A DNA stretch of 64,000 nt from Acidimicrobiales bacterium. GTDB lineage: Bacteria; Actinomycetota; Acidimicrobiia; Acidimicrobiales; Bin134. A model generated the notes under the pieces. It worked only from the letters and a program-made list of their open reading frames with translations, made no database searches and was not told the origin of the DNA. Location: positions 1,664,897-1,728,896 of the forward strand of contig OZ246892.1 of assembly GCA_965231915.1 (NCBI GenBank), read 5' to 3'. The stretch's first letter is position 1, and each line of letters starts with the position of its first letter. The translations under genes were made by a program, and so were the position numbers. Below are positions 9,060 through 18,139 of the stretch, in pieces.

Positions 9060-10547
9060 ATGGAGTTGGTGATCGGCTCGGTATTCGACAATGCGGCCGC
9101 GACGGTGCCGTCTCGTCCGGCGGCGGTGCTGGGAGGGCAAACGATCTCCTACGGGGAGCTCAGCCGGCGGGCCAACCAGATGGGCCAAGTGCTGGCCGGG
9201 ATTGGGGTGAGCCGGGGCGACAGGGTGGTGACATGGAGCGACAACAACCTGGAGTCGGTGGCCCTGTTCGTAGCCCTGGCCCGTATGGGGGCGGTGTTCG
9301 CTCCGGCCAACGCCCGGCTCTCGTCTGATGAGGCGGCCGAGATGGTGGGGCTGGCCCGTCCCAAGCTGCTGGTGACCGGTCCCGGTCACGCCGAGGCCGG
9401 CCATGGTGTAGCCGAGGCAGTGGGAGTGCCGCTGGTGCGGTTGGGGGGGACCGGGCCTGATCTCGACTTGGTGGCCGAGGCCGAGTTGGCGTCGGCCACG
9501 GCACCAGTGCCGTCGCAGGTGGGGGAGACCGACCCCCATGTGGTGTTCTTCACCAGCGGCAGCACCGGGAAGTCGAAGGGTGTGGTGCTATCGCACCGGT
9601 GCAACTGGCTGCGCACCCGCACGCCTGCCCTGCTCGAACCCCGAAGGGCCACGGTGTGCATGTACCCGATGTTCCACATGGGGGCGTGGACCATCGCCCT
9701 TCAGGCCTGGCAGGCCCGGGGGGCGGTGGTGTTCACCGACCGGGCCGAGGCCGACGTGCTGATCGACGCCGTTCAGGACCACCAGGCCGCCTACATGAAC
9801 TGCATCCCCGCGGTGTGGCGCCGGGTGCTGGAGGCCAACCGGCACCATGACTTGGCCTCGCTGCGGTTCGCCACTTCAGGCACCTCGGCCACCCCGCCGG
9901 AGTTGCTGGCCGACTTGAAGGCCGCGTTTCCCCACGCTCATAGACGGGTGTTCTACGGATCCACCGAAGCCGGCTCGGTGACCATGCTGGACGACGCCGA
10001 TATGGAGTCTCGACCGGGAAGCTGCGGCCAGGCCCATACCGGTGCCGAGGTGCGGCTCGACCGGGGCGAGTTGCAGACCCGATCCCCGTTCATGTTCGAC
10101 GGCTACTTCGACAATCCCGAGGCCACCGCGGAGGCGTTCACCGACGACGGCTGGTTCCGCACCGGCGATCTGGCCGAGGTGGACGGCGACGGCTTCTACT
10201 CCATAACCAGCCGGGTCAAAGACGTGATCCGCACCGGCGGTGAGACGGTCTCGCCCGCCGAGGTCGAGGGCCACCTGGCCGACTTCCCCGGTGCGGCCGA
10301 AGTGGCCGTGGTGGGCATCCCCGACGACCGCTGGGGCGAGGTGGTGTGTGCCGTCTTCGTGCTGTCACCGGGCTCGGCTCTGCCCACTCCCGACGATGTG
10401 CAGGCCCACCTGAGCGATCGACTTGCCCGGTACAAGCACCCCCGCCGCATCGAAGCCATGAACACCATCCCCCGAACCCCCGCCACCAACCAAATCCGCC
10501 GCCGCGACGTGATAGCGGCCATCTTGGCGACCGGCATCCCGCAGTAG
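9060..10547 (+). CDS. AMP-dependent acyl-CoA synthetase/ligase
   Basis: FFTSGSTGKSKGV AMP-binding motif, YGSTEAG, GWFRTGD, KHPRRI. Start set at ATG 9060 (MELVIGS...). The track ORF's 5' extension is antisense to the 8304-8987 gene. Confidence 0.85.
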   Translation: MELVIGSVFDNAAATVPSRPAAVLGGQTISYGELSRRANQMGQVLAGIGVSRGDRVVTWSDNNLESVALFVALARMGAVFAPANARLSSDEAAEMVGLARPKLLVTGPGHAEAGHGVAEAVGVPLVRLGGTGPDLDLVAEAELASATAPVPSQVGETDPHVVFFTSGSTGKSKGVVLSHRCNWLRTRTPALLEPRRATVCMYPMFHMGAWTIALQAWQARGAVVFTDRAEADVLIDAVQDHQAAYMNCIPAVWRRVLEANRHHDLASLRFATSGTSATPPELLADLKAAFPHAHRRVFYGSTEAGSVTMLDDADMESRPGSCGQAHTGAEVRLDRGELQTRSPFMFDGYFDNPEATAEAFTDDGWFRTGDLAEVDGDGFYSITSRVKDVIRTGGETVSPAEVEGHLADFPGAAEVAVVGIPDDRWGEVVCAVFVLSPGSALPTPDDVQAHLSDRLARYKHPRRIEAMNTIPRTPATNQIRRRDVIAAILATGIPQ

Positions 10548-10558
10548 CTCCATTATCA

Positions 10559-10584
10559 TGTCGTCCGACAAGTGACAGACGACA
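10559..10584. promoter_or_regulatory. Inverted repeat TGTCGTC-N12-GACGACA upstream of higB (candidate operator)
   Basis: Perfect 7-bp arms at 10559-10565 and 10578-10584, 15 nt before the GTG of higB. Confidence 0.4.
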
Positions 10585-10599
10585 CTGTAGGCTGGAGTC

Positions 10600-10878
10600 G
10601 TGATCCAATCCTTCAAGCATCGGGGCCTGAGGGAACTCTATGAGGGCAAAGGTGGTCGGCGGGTCATACCTGAGCATGTCCAAAAGCTGCGCCGCATCCT
10701 TGCCGTCCTCGACCAGAGTCGAAATCCGATGGACATGGATCTGCCTGGATTTCGATTGCATGCACTGTCGGGTCGGCTGAAAGGCCACTACGCCGTGACG
10801 GTTTCGGCAAACTGGCGTGTGGTCTTCAGGTTCGAAGACGGACATGCAACAGACGTCGACTACGCCGACTACCACTAG
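10600..10878 (+). CDS. higB: HigB-type toxin (RelE/ParE superfamily, plasmid maintenance killer-like)
   Basis: MIQSFKHRGLRELYEGK...HALSGRLKGHYAVTVSANWRVVFRFEDG..DVDYADYH, a classic HigB sequence pattern. Toxin-first gene order. Confidence 0.85.
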   Translation: MIQSFKHRGLRELYEGKGGRRVIPEHVQKLRRILAVLDQSRNPMDMDLPGFRLHALSGRLKGHYAVTVSANWRVVFRFEDGHATDVDYADYH

Positions 10879-10890
10879 GAGAGTGAACAG

Positions 10891-11187
10891 ATGCCTATGA
10901 ACAACCCTCCACATCCAGGAGAGATCATCAAGTCGGAGTGCTTGGAAGCTCTAGGGTTGTCGATTACCCGAGCAGCCCAGGGTTTGGGAGTAACCCGTCA
11001 GGCGCTCTCCGATCTTGTCAACCAGAAGGCTGGCATTTCGATTGAGATGTCGTTTCGATTGTCACAGGCGTTCGGCTCCACTCCAGAGACATGGCTGGGA
11101 ATGCAACTGGCGTATGACCTTTGGCAGGCGCGGGAGCAGGCCGAGACGATCGAGGTCGAGAGTTTCGCTACTCCCAGCAAGGTATAG
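10891..11187 (+). CDS. higA: HigA-type XRE-family antitoxin
   Basis: HPGEIIKSECLEALGLSITRAAQGLGVTRQALSDLVNQKAGIS HTH. Immediately downstream of higB. Confidence 0.85.
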   Translation: MPMNNPPHPGEIIKSECLEALGLSITRAAQGLGVTRQALSDLVNQKAGISIEMSFRLSQAFGSTPETWLGMQLAYDLWQAREQAETIEVESFATPSKV

Positions 11188-11218
11188 GCCAACGGGCAGC
11201 CATTTCTGGCATCGCGCC

Positions 11219-12145
11219 CTAATAGCCCTCGTCGGGATTGACGATCCCATAGAGGGGGAGGCCGGAGAGGCGGCGCTGAATGTTGTCGGCGAAGGGGGCC
11301 ATGAGCAGGTCCCAGGAGTCGGGCATACACCAGGAGACATGGGCGCTGACCCGCACCTGGGTGTGGCTATAGAGCCAGTGGCCCTCCGGCAAGGGCTCGG
11401 GCTCCACGGTGTCCAGAGAGGCCCGGGCGATGTGGCCGCTGTCGAGTGCGGCCCGCAGGGCGTCTTGGTCGATGAGGTCGCCCCGGGCGATGTTGACAAT
11501 GTGGGCCCCCGGTTTGGCCGCGGCCAGTGCGTTGGCGTCCAGCAGATGGCGGGTTGCCGCAGTGGCCGGCGCGGCCACCACGATGTGGTCGGAGCGGGCC
11601 AGCAACTCGGTAAGCGAGCCGACAATCTCCACACCCTCCATTGGGGAGGGCGCCGCGGTGCGGCGAATGGCTAGCACCGACATGTCGAAGGCCAGGGCCC
11701 GGCGGGCCACCGCGGTGCCGATGCCGCCCAGCCCGATAAGCCCCAGCGTCTTGCCGTATAGCGCTCCCAGATCGGCGGTGAACCACCGCTCGGGCGGACG
11801 GTCCAGCCACACGCCGGGCAGGTCCTTCTCGAAGGCCAGCATCATGGTCAGGCACCATTCCGATATGGCGATGGCCCCGGCTCCCCGGGAGCAGGTCATC
11901 ACCCGGTCGCCCAACAGCTCTAGTGGGAACCCGTCGATCCCAGTGCTGGTCACATGGACCCAATCCACGCCTCGGTCCAACAATTCGGCCAGATTGGGGT
12001 AGTCCCGGGGGATGGTCAGCAACACGTCGCCGGACGCATCCTCGGGGATATCGCCCTGGCGGGGTACATACACGAAATCCACGTCATCGAATTGGTCGAT
12101 CAGTGGGCCAAGCCGTTCGTCTTCCATGTGGTGTAGTACTCGCAC
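11219..12145 (-). CDS. D-isomer-specific 2-hydroxyacid dehydrogenase family protein
   Basis: GKTLGLIGLGGIGTAVARRA NAD loop, NIARG, catalytic-domain layout. 308 aa. Confidence 0.8.
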   Translation of the reverse strand: MRVLHHMEDERLGPLIDQFDDVDFVYVPRQGDIPEDASGDVLLTIPRDYPNLAELLDRGVDWVHVTSTGIDGFPLELLGDRVMTCSRGAGAIAISEWCLTMMLAFEKDLPGVWLDRPPERWFTADLGALYGKTLGLIGLGGIGTAVARRALAFDMSVLAIRRTAAPSPMEGVEIVGSLTELLARSDHIVVAAPATAATRHLLDANALAAAKPGAHIVNIARGDLIDQDALRAALDSGHIARASLDTVEPEPLPEGHWLYSHTQVRVSAHVSWCMPDSWDLLMAPFADNIQRRLSGLPLYGIVNPDEGY

Positions 12146-12192
12146 GGCCAGAAGCCTATGGATTGGGGAGCGGGGCCGCGTAAGGTCGAGCC

Positions 12193-13422
12193 GTGAAATC
12201 TGAGGCTTTGTCCCATATCCGCATCTGCGATTTCACCGGACAGCTGGCCGGAGCGGGTGCCACCCGGTGGATGGCCGCCTTCGGCGCTGAGGTCATCCGT
12301 ATCGAGGATCCGGTGCGCCTGGGCAAATGGGATGTGCTCCGGGGAACGTCCCCGTTCGTGGACGAGCGCCGGGGCCACGAGTTCGGCGGCTGCTTCAACA
12401 ACCACAACGTGGAGAAGCTGGGGGTCACGCTCAACCTCCGCACCGACCGGGGCAAAGAGCTGCTGACCGAGATCATCGCGGTGAGCGATGCGGTGACCGA
12501 GAACTTTGCCGCTGGGGTGCTGGAGCGACTGGGCTTCGGATACGACCGCCTGAAGGAGATCAAGCCCGACATCTTGTACGTGTCCAACTGCGGATTCGGC
12601 CACGTCGGCCCCTACCGCAAGTACAAGACCTGGGGGCCGATCGTGCAGGCCTGCTGCGGACTGACGTTCACCTCCGGGCTGCCCGACATGCCCTCAGCCG
12701 GGTGGGGCTACTCCTACATGGACCACCACGGCGGGAACTTCATGGCCATGGCCATCATGGCCGGGCTCGTCCACCGCAACCGCACCGGCGAGGGCCAGTG
12801 GATCGACATGTCGTGTACCGACGCCGGGGCCACCATGCTCGGCCCAGCGGTGCTGGACTACACCGCGAACGGCCGTCCGCTGCGGCGCGACGGAATGCCG
12901 TACTCCAACCGCAGCCAGTTTCCGGCCATGGCCCCCCACGGCATCTACGAGGCCGACGGCCACGACGCCTGGCTGGCCCTGGCCGCCCGAGACGACCACG
13001 ACTGGCAGGCCATCGCCGAGCTCATGGACATCGACGACAGCCGGTTCGACGACCTGGCCGGACGGCTGGCCCACGAGGACGAGCTGGACGACGCCGTTCA
13101 GGCGTGGACGTCGGGCCGGGATCGGTTCAAGGCGGCCGCCGAGCTGCAAGCGCTGGGAGTGGCCGCTGCCGGGGTGGCCAAGCCGGTGGACCGGATCGAC
13201 AACGACCCCAATACCGAGGCCTGGGGCTTGTGGCCCACTGTCACCCACGGGGAGATGGGTCGTGTCAAGGTCGACGGGATTCCCGCCCATTTCTCGGAAA
13301 CCGACTGGGTTCTCGAGCGTGGTGGCCCTCTGTTGGGCCAGCACAACCGCCAGATCTTCGGGGGTCTGCTCGGCTATTCGGACGCTGAGCTGGCCGACTT
13401 GGTTGCCGAGGAGGTGATCTGA
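12193..13422 (+). CDS. Family III CoA-transferase (CaiB/BaiF-like)
   Basis: IRICDFTGQLAGAGATRWMAAFGAEVIRIEDP N-terminal signature. 409 aa. Confidence 0.85.
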   Translation: MKSEALSHIRICDFTGQLAGAGATRWMAAFGAEVIRIEDPVRLGKWDVLRGTSPFVDERRGHEFGGCFNNHNVEKLGVTLNLRTDRGKELLTEIIAVSDAVTENFAAGVLERLGFGYDRLKEIKPDILYVSNCGFGHVGPYRKYKTWGPIVQACCGLTFTSGLPDMPSAGWGYSYMDHHGGNFMAMAIMAGLVHRNRTGEGQWIDMSCTDAGATMLGPAVLDYTANGRPLRRDGMPYSNRSQFPAMAPHGIYEADGHDAWLALAARDDHDWQAIAELMDIDDSRFDDLAGRLAHEDELDDAVQAWTSGRDRFKAAAELQALGVAAAGVAKPVDRIDNDPNTEAWGLWPTVTHGEMGRVKVDGIPAHFSETDWVLERGGPLLGQHNRQIFGGLLGYSDAELADLVAEEVI

Positions 13423-14663
13423 TGTCTGCCAATGAACTTCCCGGCGCGCTGGCAGGAATCCGAGTGGTGGAGCTGGCCGGAGAGGCTTCGGCCTACGCGG
13501 GACTGCTGCTGGCCGGAATGGGCGCCGAGGTCATTGTGGTTGAGCCTCCCGACGGTCATCGCACCCGGGGCTTCGAGCCGTTTCTGGACGACGTCCCCGA
13601 TCCCGAACGCAGCCTGTGGTGGTGGCACTACAACGCATCCAAGCTGGGAGTGGCTCTGGATCTTGGGAAGGAAGACGATCGAGACCGATTCCGTTCGCTG
13701 GTTGCCACCGCCGATGTGGTGCTGGAGTCGGAGCGTCCCGGCCGATTGGCCGACTTGGGCGTCGACCATGGCACGTTGCGAGCCGATCATCCTGAATTGA
13801 TCTGGGTGTCGCTGACCCCGTTCGGCCGCAGCGGGCCGCGGTCTCAAGAGGAGAGCATCGACCTCACCGTGCTGGCCGCGGGCGGGCCGGCGTGGAGCTG
13901 CGGTTACGACGACCATGCCATCCCGCCTCAGCGCGGCGGTGGCAACCAGGGTTACCAAACCGGTTCGGTGTTCGCGGTGCTCTCCGCCCAGACCGCGCTG
14001 TTGGCTCGAGACCGCACCGGCCAAGGGCAGTTCGTGGATGTGAACATGCATGCCGCGGCCAACGTGACCACCGAATTCGGCTCGGTGCAGTGGCTGGTGG
14101 CCGGCGACGAGGTGCAGCGCCAGACTGGGCGCCACGCGGCGGTCGAGCCCACCACGTTTACCCGGGCGCTGTCGGTGGACGGCATCGACGTGAACACCGG
14201 TTTTCCTCCCCGATCGGCCCGGGACTTCTCCGTGGTGGTGGAGTGGATGGAAAGCCTGGGGTTGAAGGACCAGTTTGAGGAGTTCTTCTTCTTGGAGATG
14301 GGTGCCCAACTCGAAGAAGACCTGCACCTGTCCCAGGTGGGCCAGGATCCCGAGGTGACCGCCATGTTCGGCGCCGCCCGGGAGGCAGTCCGGTTCATCG
14401 CCCAGAACATCACCGCCCATGAGTTCTTTATCGGCGCCCAGGAGCGGGGCCTGGCGGTGGGCGTCATCTACTCGCCCGAAGAGGTGCTGGCCGACCCCCA
14501 TTTCAAAGAGCGGGGCTTCCCTGTGGAGGTGGAGCACGAGGATCTGGGCCGCAGCTTCACCTATCTAGGAGCGCCGTACATTGCCCCCAAGTCCCCCTAT
14601 CGCATCCGCCACCGGGCCCCTCACGTGGGCGAGCACAACCACATCCTCGAGGCTCCCAGCTGA
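13422..14663 (+). CDS. Family III CoA-transferase (CaiB/BaiF-like)
   Basis: IRVVELAGEASAYAGLLLAGMGAEVIVVEPP signature. Start abuts the previous stop (TGATG). Confidence 0.85.
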   Translation: MSANELPGALAGIRVVELAGEASAYAGLLLAGMGAEVIVVEPPDGHRTRGFEPFLDDVPDPERSLWWWHYNASKLGVALDLGKEDDRDRFRSLVATADVVLESERPGRLADLGVDHGTLRADHPELIWVSLTPFGRSGPRSQEESIDLTVLAAGGPAWSCGYDDHAIPPQRGGGNQGYQTGSVFAVLSAQTALLARDRTGQGQFVDVNMHAAANVTTEFGSVQWLVAGDEVQRQTGRHAAVEPTTFTRALSVDGIDVNTGFPPRSARDFSVVVEWMESLGLKDQFEEFFFLEMGAQLEEDLHLSQVGQDPEVTAMFGAAREAVRFIAQNITAHEFFIGAQERGLAVGVIYSPEEVLADPHFKERGFPVEVEHEDLGRSFTYLGAPYIAPKSPYRIRHRAPHVGEHNHILEAPS

Positions 14664-15841
14664 TGGCTTCCCGACACCCGGTCATCTGCGGCATCGGCCT
14701 CAGCGACTATCCGGTGGTTCCCCACCTGAACTCGGTGCAGCACCATGCGCTGGCCGCCCGCCGAGCCATCGCCGACTGCGGCATCGCCAAGTCGGCCATC
14801 GACGGATACGTCAGCACCAGCGGCGGCGGTCCGGGAGCTGGCGATGATGCTGTCTCTATGGCCGAGTACCTGGGGGTGAACCACCGCTACATCGACGGGA
14901 CCATGGTGGGCGGCTCGTCGTTCGAGTTCCATGTTCAGCACGCTGCCGCCGCCATCCGGGAGGGACTGTGCGACACCGTGCTGATCACCTACGGCTCCGA
15001 CCAGCTCACCCGTATGGGCCGGGTGCTGGGCACCGGCGGCTTTCAGCGCGACGCCCAGCCGGTGGCCGGAGCCATGCAGATGGCCACGCCCTACGGCCTG
15101 CCCCTGGTGGGGTCCTACGCCCTGGCCGCCCGCCGCCACATGCACGAGTTCGGCACCACCTCGGAGCAGTTGGCTGAGATCGCGGTGGGGATCCGGGAGT
15201 TCGCCGGCCTCAACCCCGATGCCCGCTACCGCGACCCGATCACGGTGGACGACGTGGTGAACAGCCGCATGATCGCCGATCCGCTGCACAAGCTGGACTG
15301 TTGTGTGATCACCGATGGCGGCGGGGCGCTGGTGATGACCACCGCGGAGATAGCCCGCGACCTGCGCCAGCCCCCGGCCTATGTGCTGGGGGCGGCGGGC
15401 ACCCAGACCCACTGGAACATCCACCAGATGCCCGACTTCACCGAGATGGGCGCCGCAGTTTGCGGACCGGAGGCGATGGGCCAGGCCGGGGTTACACCGG
15501 CCGATATCGATATCGCCCAGCTCTACGACAGCTTCACCATCACCGTGCTGTTGATGCTTGAGGGTCTGGGATTCTGCGGGCGGGGCGAGGGCGGCGCCTA
15601 CGTCGAGGAGGGCCACTTGCGCCGGGGCGGGTCGATGCCCACCAACACCGACGGCGGGGGACTGTCGTCCAACCATCCGGGGATGCGGGGCATCTTCTTG
15701 CTGATCGAGGCGGTGCGCCAGCTCCGGGGCGATGCCGGTGAGGCCCAGGTCCCCGACGCCGAGTTGGCGTTGGCCTGCGGTTCCGGAGGCTGGCTGTCAG
15801 CCATCGGCACCGTCATCTTGGGTAAGGACCGGCCGTCATGA
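14663..15841 (+). CDS. Thiolase-like / lipid-transfer (Ltp-type) protein
   Basis: 392 aa thiolase-fold pattern (GGGLSSNHPGMRGIF, ALACGSGG). Paired with a downstream DUF35 OB-fold protein, as in Ltp-type aldolase/thiolase systems. Confidence 0.75.
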   Translation: MASRHPVICGIGLSDYPVVPHLNSVQHHALAARRAIADCGIAKSAIDGYVSTSGGGPGAGDDAVSMAEYLGVNHRYIDGTMVGGSSFEFHVQHAAAAIREGLCDTVLITYGSDQLTRMGRVLGTGGFQRDAQPVAGAMQMATPYGLPLVGSYALAARRHMHEFGTTSEQLAEIAVGIREFAGLNPDARYRDPITVDDVVNSRMIADPLHKLDCCVITDGGGALVMTTAEIARDLRQPPAYVLGAAGTQTHWNIHQMPDFTEMGAAVCGPEAMGQAGVTPADIDIAQLYDSFTITVLLMLEGLGFCGRGEGGAYVEEGHLRRGGSMPTNTDGGGLSSNHPGMRGIFLLIEAVRQLRGDAGEAQVPDAELALACGSGGWLSAIGTVILGKDRPS

Positions 15842-16254
15842 GGGTTGTCCGCGATCTCGACTGGCAGGGGCCGGTCCCCGCCGGCGAAGGGGAGTATGGC
15901 GAGTTCTTTGCCGCCGCGGCCGAGGGCCGCCTGCTCATCCAGCAGTGCCCCGAATGCGGCCACCGCCAGCACTACCCCCGAGCGCTATGCACGGCCTGCG
16001 TCGCTGTGCCCGAGTGGATGGAGGCCGCTGGCACCGGCAACGTCTACACCTACACCGTGGTCCGCCAATACGGGGTACCGGCCTTCGCCGAGTTGCCCTA
16101 CGTTCTGGCCATGATCGACCTCCCCGAGGGAGTGAGAATGTTCGGCGGCCTCACCGGCATCGCCCCCGAAGTCGTAGAAATCGGCATGCCCGTCACCGCC
16201 TACGCCCGCACCTACGACGACACCCACGCCATGGTCTTCTGGGAACCGGCCTAG
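15838..16254 (+). CDS. DUF35 OB-fold/zinc-ribbon acyl-CoA-associated protein
   Basis: Zinc ribbon CPECGHRQHYPRALCTAC followed by an OB-fold-like region. ATGA overlap with the thiolase-like gene. Confidence 0.8.
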   Translation: MRVVRDLDWQGPVPAGEGEYGEFFAAAAEGRLLIQQCPECGHRQHYPRALCTACVAVPEWMEAAGTGNVYTYTVVRQYGVPAFAELPYVLAMIDLPEGVRMFGGLTGIAPEVVEIGMPVTAYARTYDDTHAMVFWEPA

Positions 16255-16276
16255 TGATCAACAACCTGCACGGCTG

Positions 16277-16936
16277 TCAGCGGAGCGAGTTCTTAAGGTC
16301 TGCAAGGGAACTAAGCGATCCCCAACCAGGTGCAAGTTCGTCAAGACTGTCAAGGTACAGGGCTTTAGGTCCAGTCCCATCGTCTAGCCAGAACATATCT
16401 GTGAATGGGAAGAATACCGATTTGACAAGCGAACCGCTCTCGGTCTTTAGTGAGATGCCGCCCAGATCAGTGGCTGAGACCATATCGAGTGCCACAATCA
16501 CTTCAGGCCGGGTGTTAAGTCTAGCCAGTTCAGCGGCGCTAACTTGAGTGTTGGATAGGACTTGTACTTCGATCTCATCCGGAACAGTGACTGTGCTCTT
16601 GTTAGATAATCTCTCGCTCACGTCGATCACGTAGGCCACGTAGTACGAGGCGACTTCGCGATTGTCATTGAACCGTGGATCGGTAGTCTCGCTTTCAGAA
16701 ACGCGAATTCCTGGTCGGATATCGATCAGGATTCCGCCGATTATCGCGTCAGCGGAGTTAATCGCATTCGTTGGATTATCGAGAGGTGTGTAGTCAACCC
16801 CAGTGCCATGAGTAGTAGCAGCAATCAGCGCGGCGAGACTTTGGCTTGTGTCATCGTCATTTCCGCAGCCCAACATGAGCAGTGCTGGTACAAGGCAGGT
16901 CCACAAGCACCTGAATAGGGTGAGTCTTAAGATCAT
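16277..16936 (-). CDS. Lipoprotein of unknown function (low-GC islet)
   Basis: Start moved to ATG 16936, preceded by GGAGGA. Signal/lipobox LVPALLMLGC. The gene sits in a 43-53% GC stretch (hand counts of 60-nt lines). Confidence 0.6.
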   Translation of the reverse strand: MILRLTLFRCLWTCLVPALLMLGCGNDDDTSQSLAALIAATTHGTGVDYTPLDNPTNAINSADAIIGGILIDIRPGIRVSESETTDPRFNDNREVASYYVAYVIDVSERLSNKSTVTVPDEIEVQVLSNTQVSAAELARLNTRPEVIVALDMVSATDLGGISLKTESGSLVKSVFFPFTDMFWLDDGTGPKALYLDSLDELAPGWGSLSSLADLKNSLR

Positions 16937-16946
16937 TTCATCCTCC

Positions 16947-17243
16947 CTAGTAATTGTCATTGATGTGGTTGATGTCATGGGAGCTGAAGCGCCTCCATGC
17001 GATGTTCGATGCACTCGGGATTTCGCCGGAGATCATGGCGCTAATGCTGTCATGATTTGCTCCAACAGAATGTCCGATCTCATGCACTGAGGTTTTTCGA
17101 CGGTCCTCCCAATCATGTGAGCCTATGTCCAATTGATCAAAGTCAAGCGTTATATTAGAGCTATCACAGTCATCCTCTGAATATGTGATGCACTGGTACT
17201 GACCACGTCGTGAGCCAGGAAGGTCTTCATCTCGCCAAAACAC
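16947..17243 (-). CDS. Truncated snapalysin-like (M7/metzincin) zinc metalloprotease, 98 aa
   Basis: HEIGHSVGANH fits HExxHxxGxxH, followed by SAMISG (Met-turn-like, compare snapalysin ..SELMSGG). GTG start with an in-frame TAA 9 codons upstream, no signal peptide, N-terminal third missing. Confidence 0.5.
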   Translation of the reverse strand: MFWRDEDLPGSRRGQYQCITYSEDDCDSSNITLDFDQLDIGSHDWEDRRKTSVHEIGHSVGANHDSISAMISGEIPSASNIAWRRFSSHDINHINDNY

Positions 17244-17324
17244 ATCTGTGGATGTAACACAATTGAGTATTTATTCACCCTGTTCGGTGGGGCTTGAGGG
17301 CTGTGCAGCGGCCATGATGGGGCC

Positions 17325-18125
17325 ATGCATGACGACATCTTGGCGGCGTTTGACATTTCCGACCGGGTGGCGGTGGTCACCGGGGCGGCCTCGGGGATTG
17401 GGCGGGGGACGGCGGTGACGCTGGCCAAGGCCGGGGCCTCGGTGGTGCTGGGCGACGTGGACGCTGACGGGATGGGCGAGACCGGCGGCGAGCTGGATGC
17501 ACTGGGAGCGTCATGGTCGGCAGTGCCCACCGATGTGAGCGACAAGGCGGCGGTGGATGCGCTGGTGGCCGATGCGGTGAACCGGCACGGACGGCTCGAC
17601 ATCATGGTCAACAACGCCGGGATCATCACCGACAGCCTCATCGTGGACACCACCCCCGAGCAGCTCGACCGGGTGATGAACGTGAACATAAAGGGTGTCT
17701 ATTGGGGCACCGCGGCGGCGGGCCGGGCCATGGCCGATCAGAAGTCGGGGTCCATTGTCAACCTGTCGTCGGCCGGGGCCGACATGCCCGCCCCGATGAT
17801 CTCGGTCTACGCCCTCACCAAGGCGGCAGTGAAGATGATCACCCGCACCGCCGCAGTGGAGATGGCCCCTATCCGGGTGAACGCGGTGGCTCCCGGGTCT
17901 ATCGAGACGCCCATCTATGACCGCCACTTCCTCAACGACGACGGCAAGGTCGACCCTGAGCGCCAGAGGAACCACTTCGACACCATCGCCCAGATGAACC
18001 CGCTGGGCTATGTGGGAAACCCCAACGACATCGCCTACGCCATCTTGTATCTGTGTTCCGAGGCCGGGCGGTTCGTCACTGGCCAAACCATGCGGCCCAA
18101 TGGCGGCGTGGTGATGCCGCTGTAG
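17325..18125 (+). CDS. SDR family oxidoreductase
   Basis: VVTGAASGIGRG, NNAG, S...YALTKAAV (YxxxK). Confidence 0.9.
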   Translation: MHDDILAAFDISDRVAVVTGAASGIGRGTAVTLAKAGASVVLGDVDADGMGETGGELDALGASWSAVPTDVSDKAAVDALVADAVNRHGRLDIMVNNAGIITDSLIVDTTPEQLDRVMNVNIKGVYWGTAAAGRAMADQKSGSIVNLSSAGADMPAPMISVYALTKAAVKMITRTAAVEMAPIRVNAVAPGSIETPIYDRHFLNDDGKVDPERQRNHFDTIAQMNPLGYVGNPNDIAYAILYLCSEAGRFVTGQTMRPNGGVVMPL

Positions 18126-18139
18126 CTAGCCCGTAGCCT

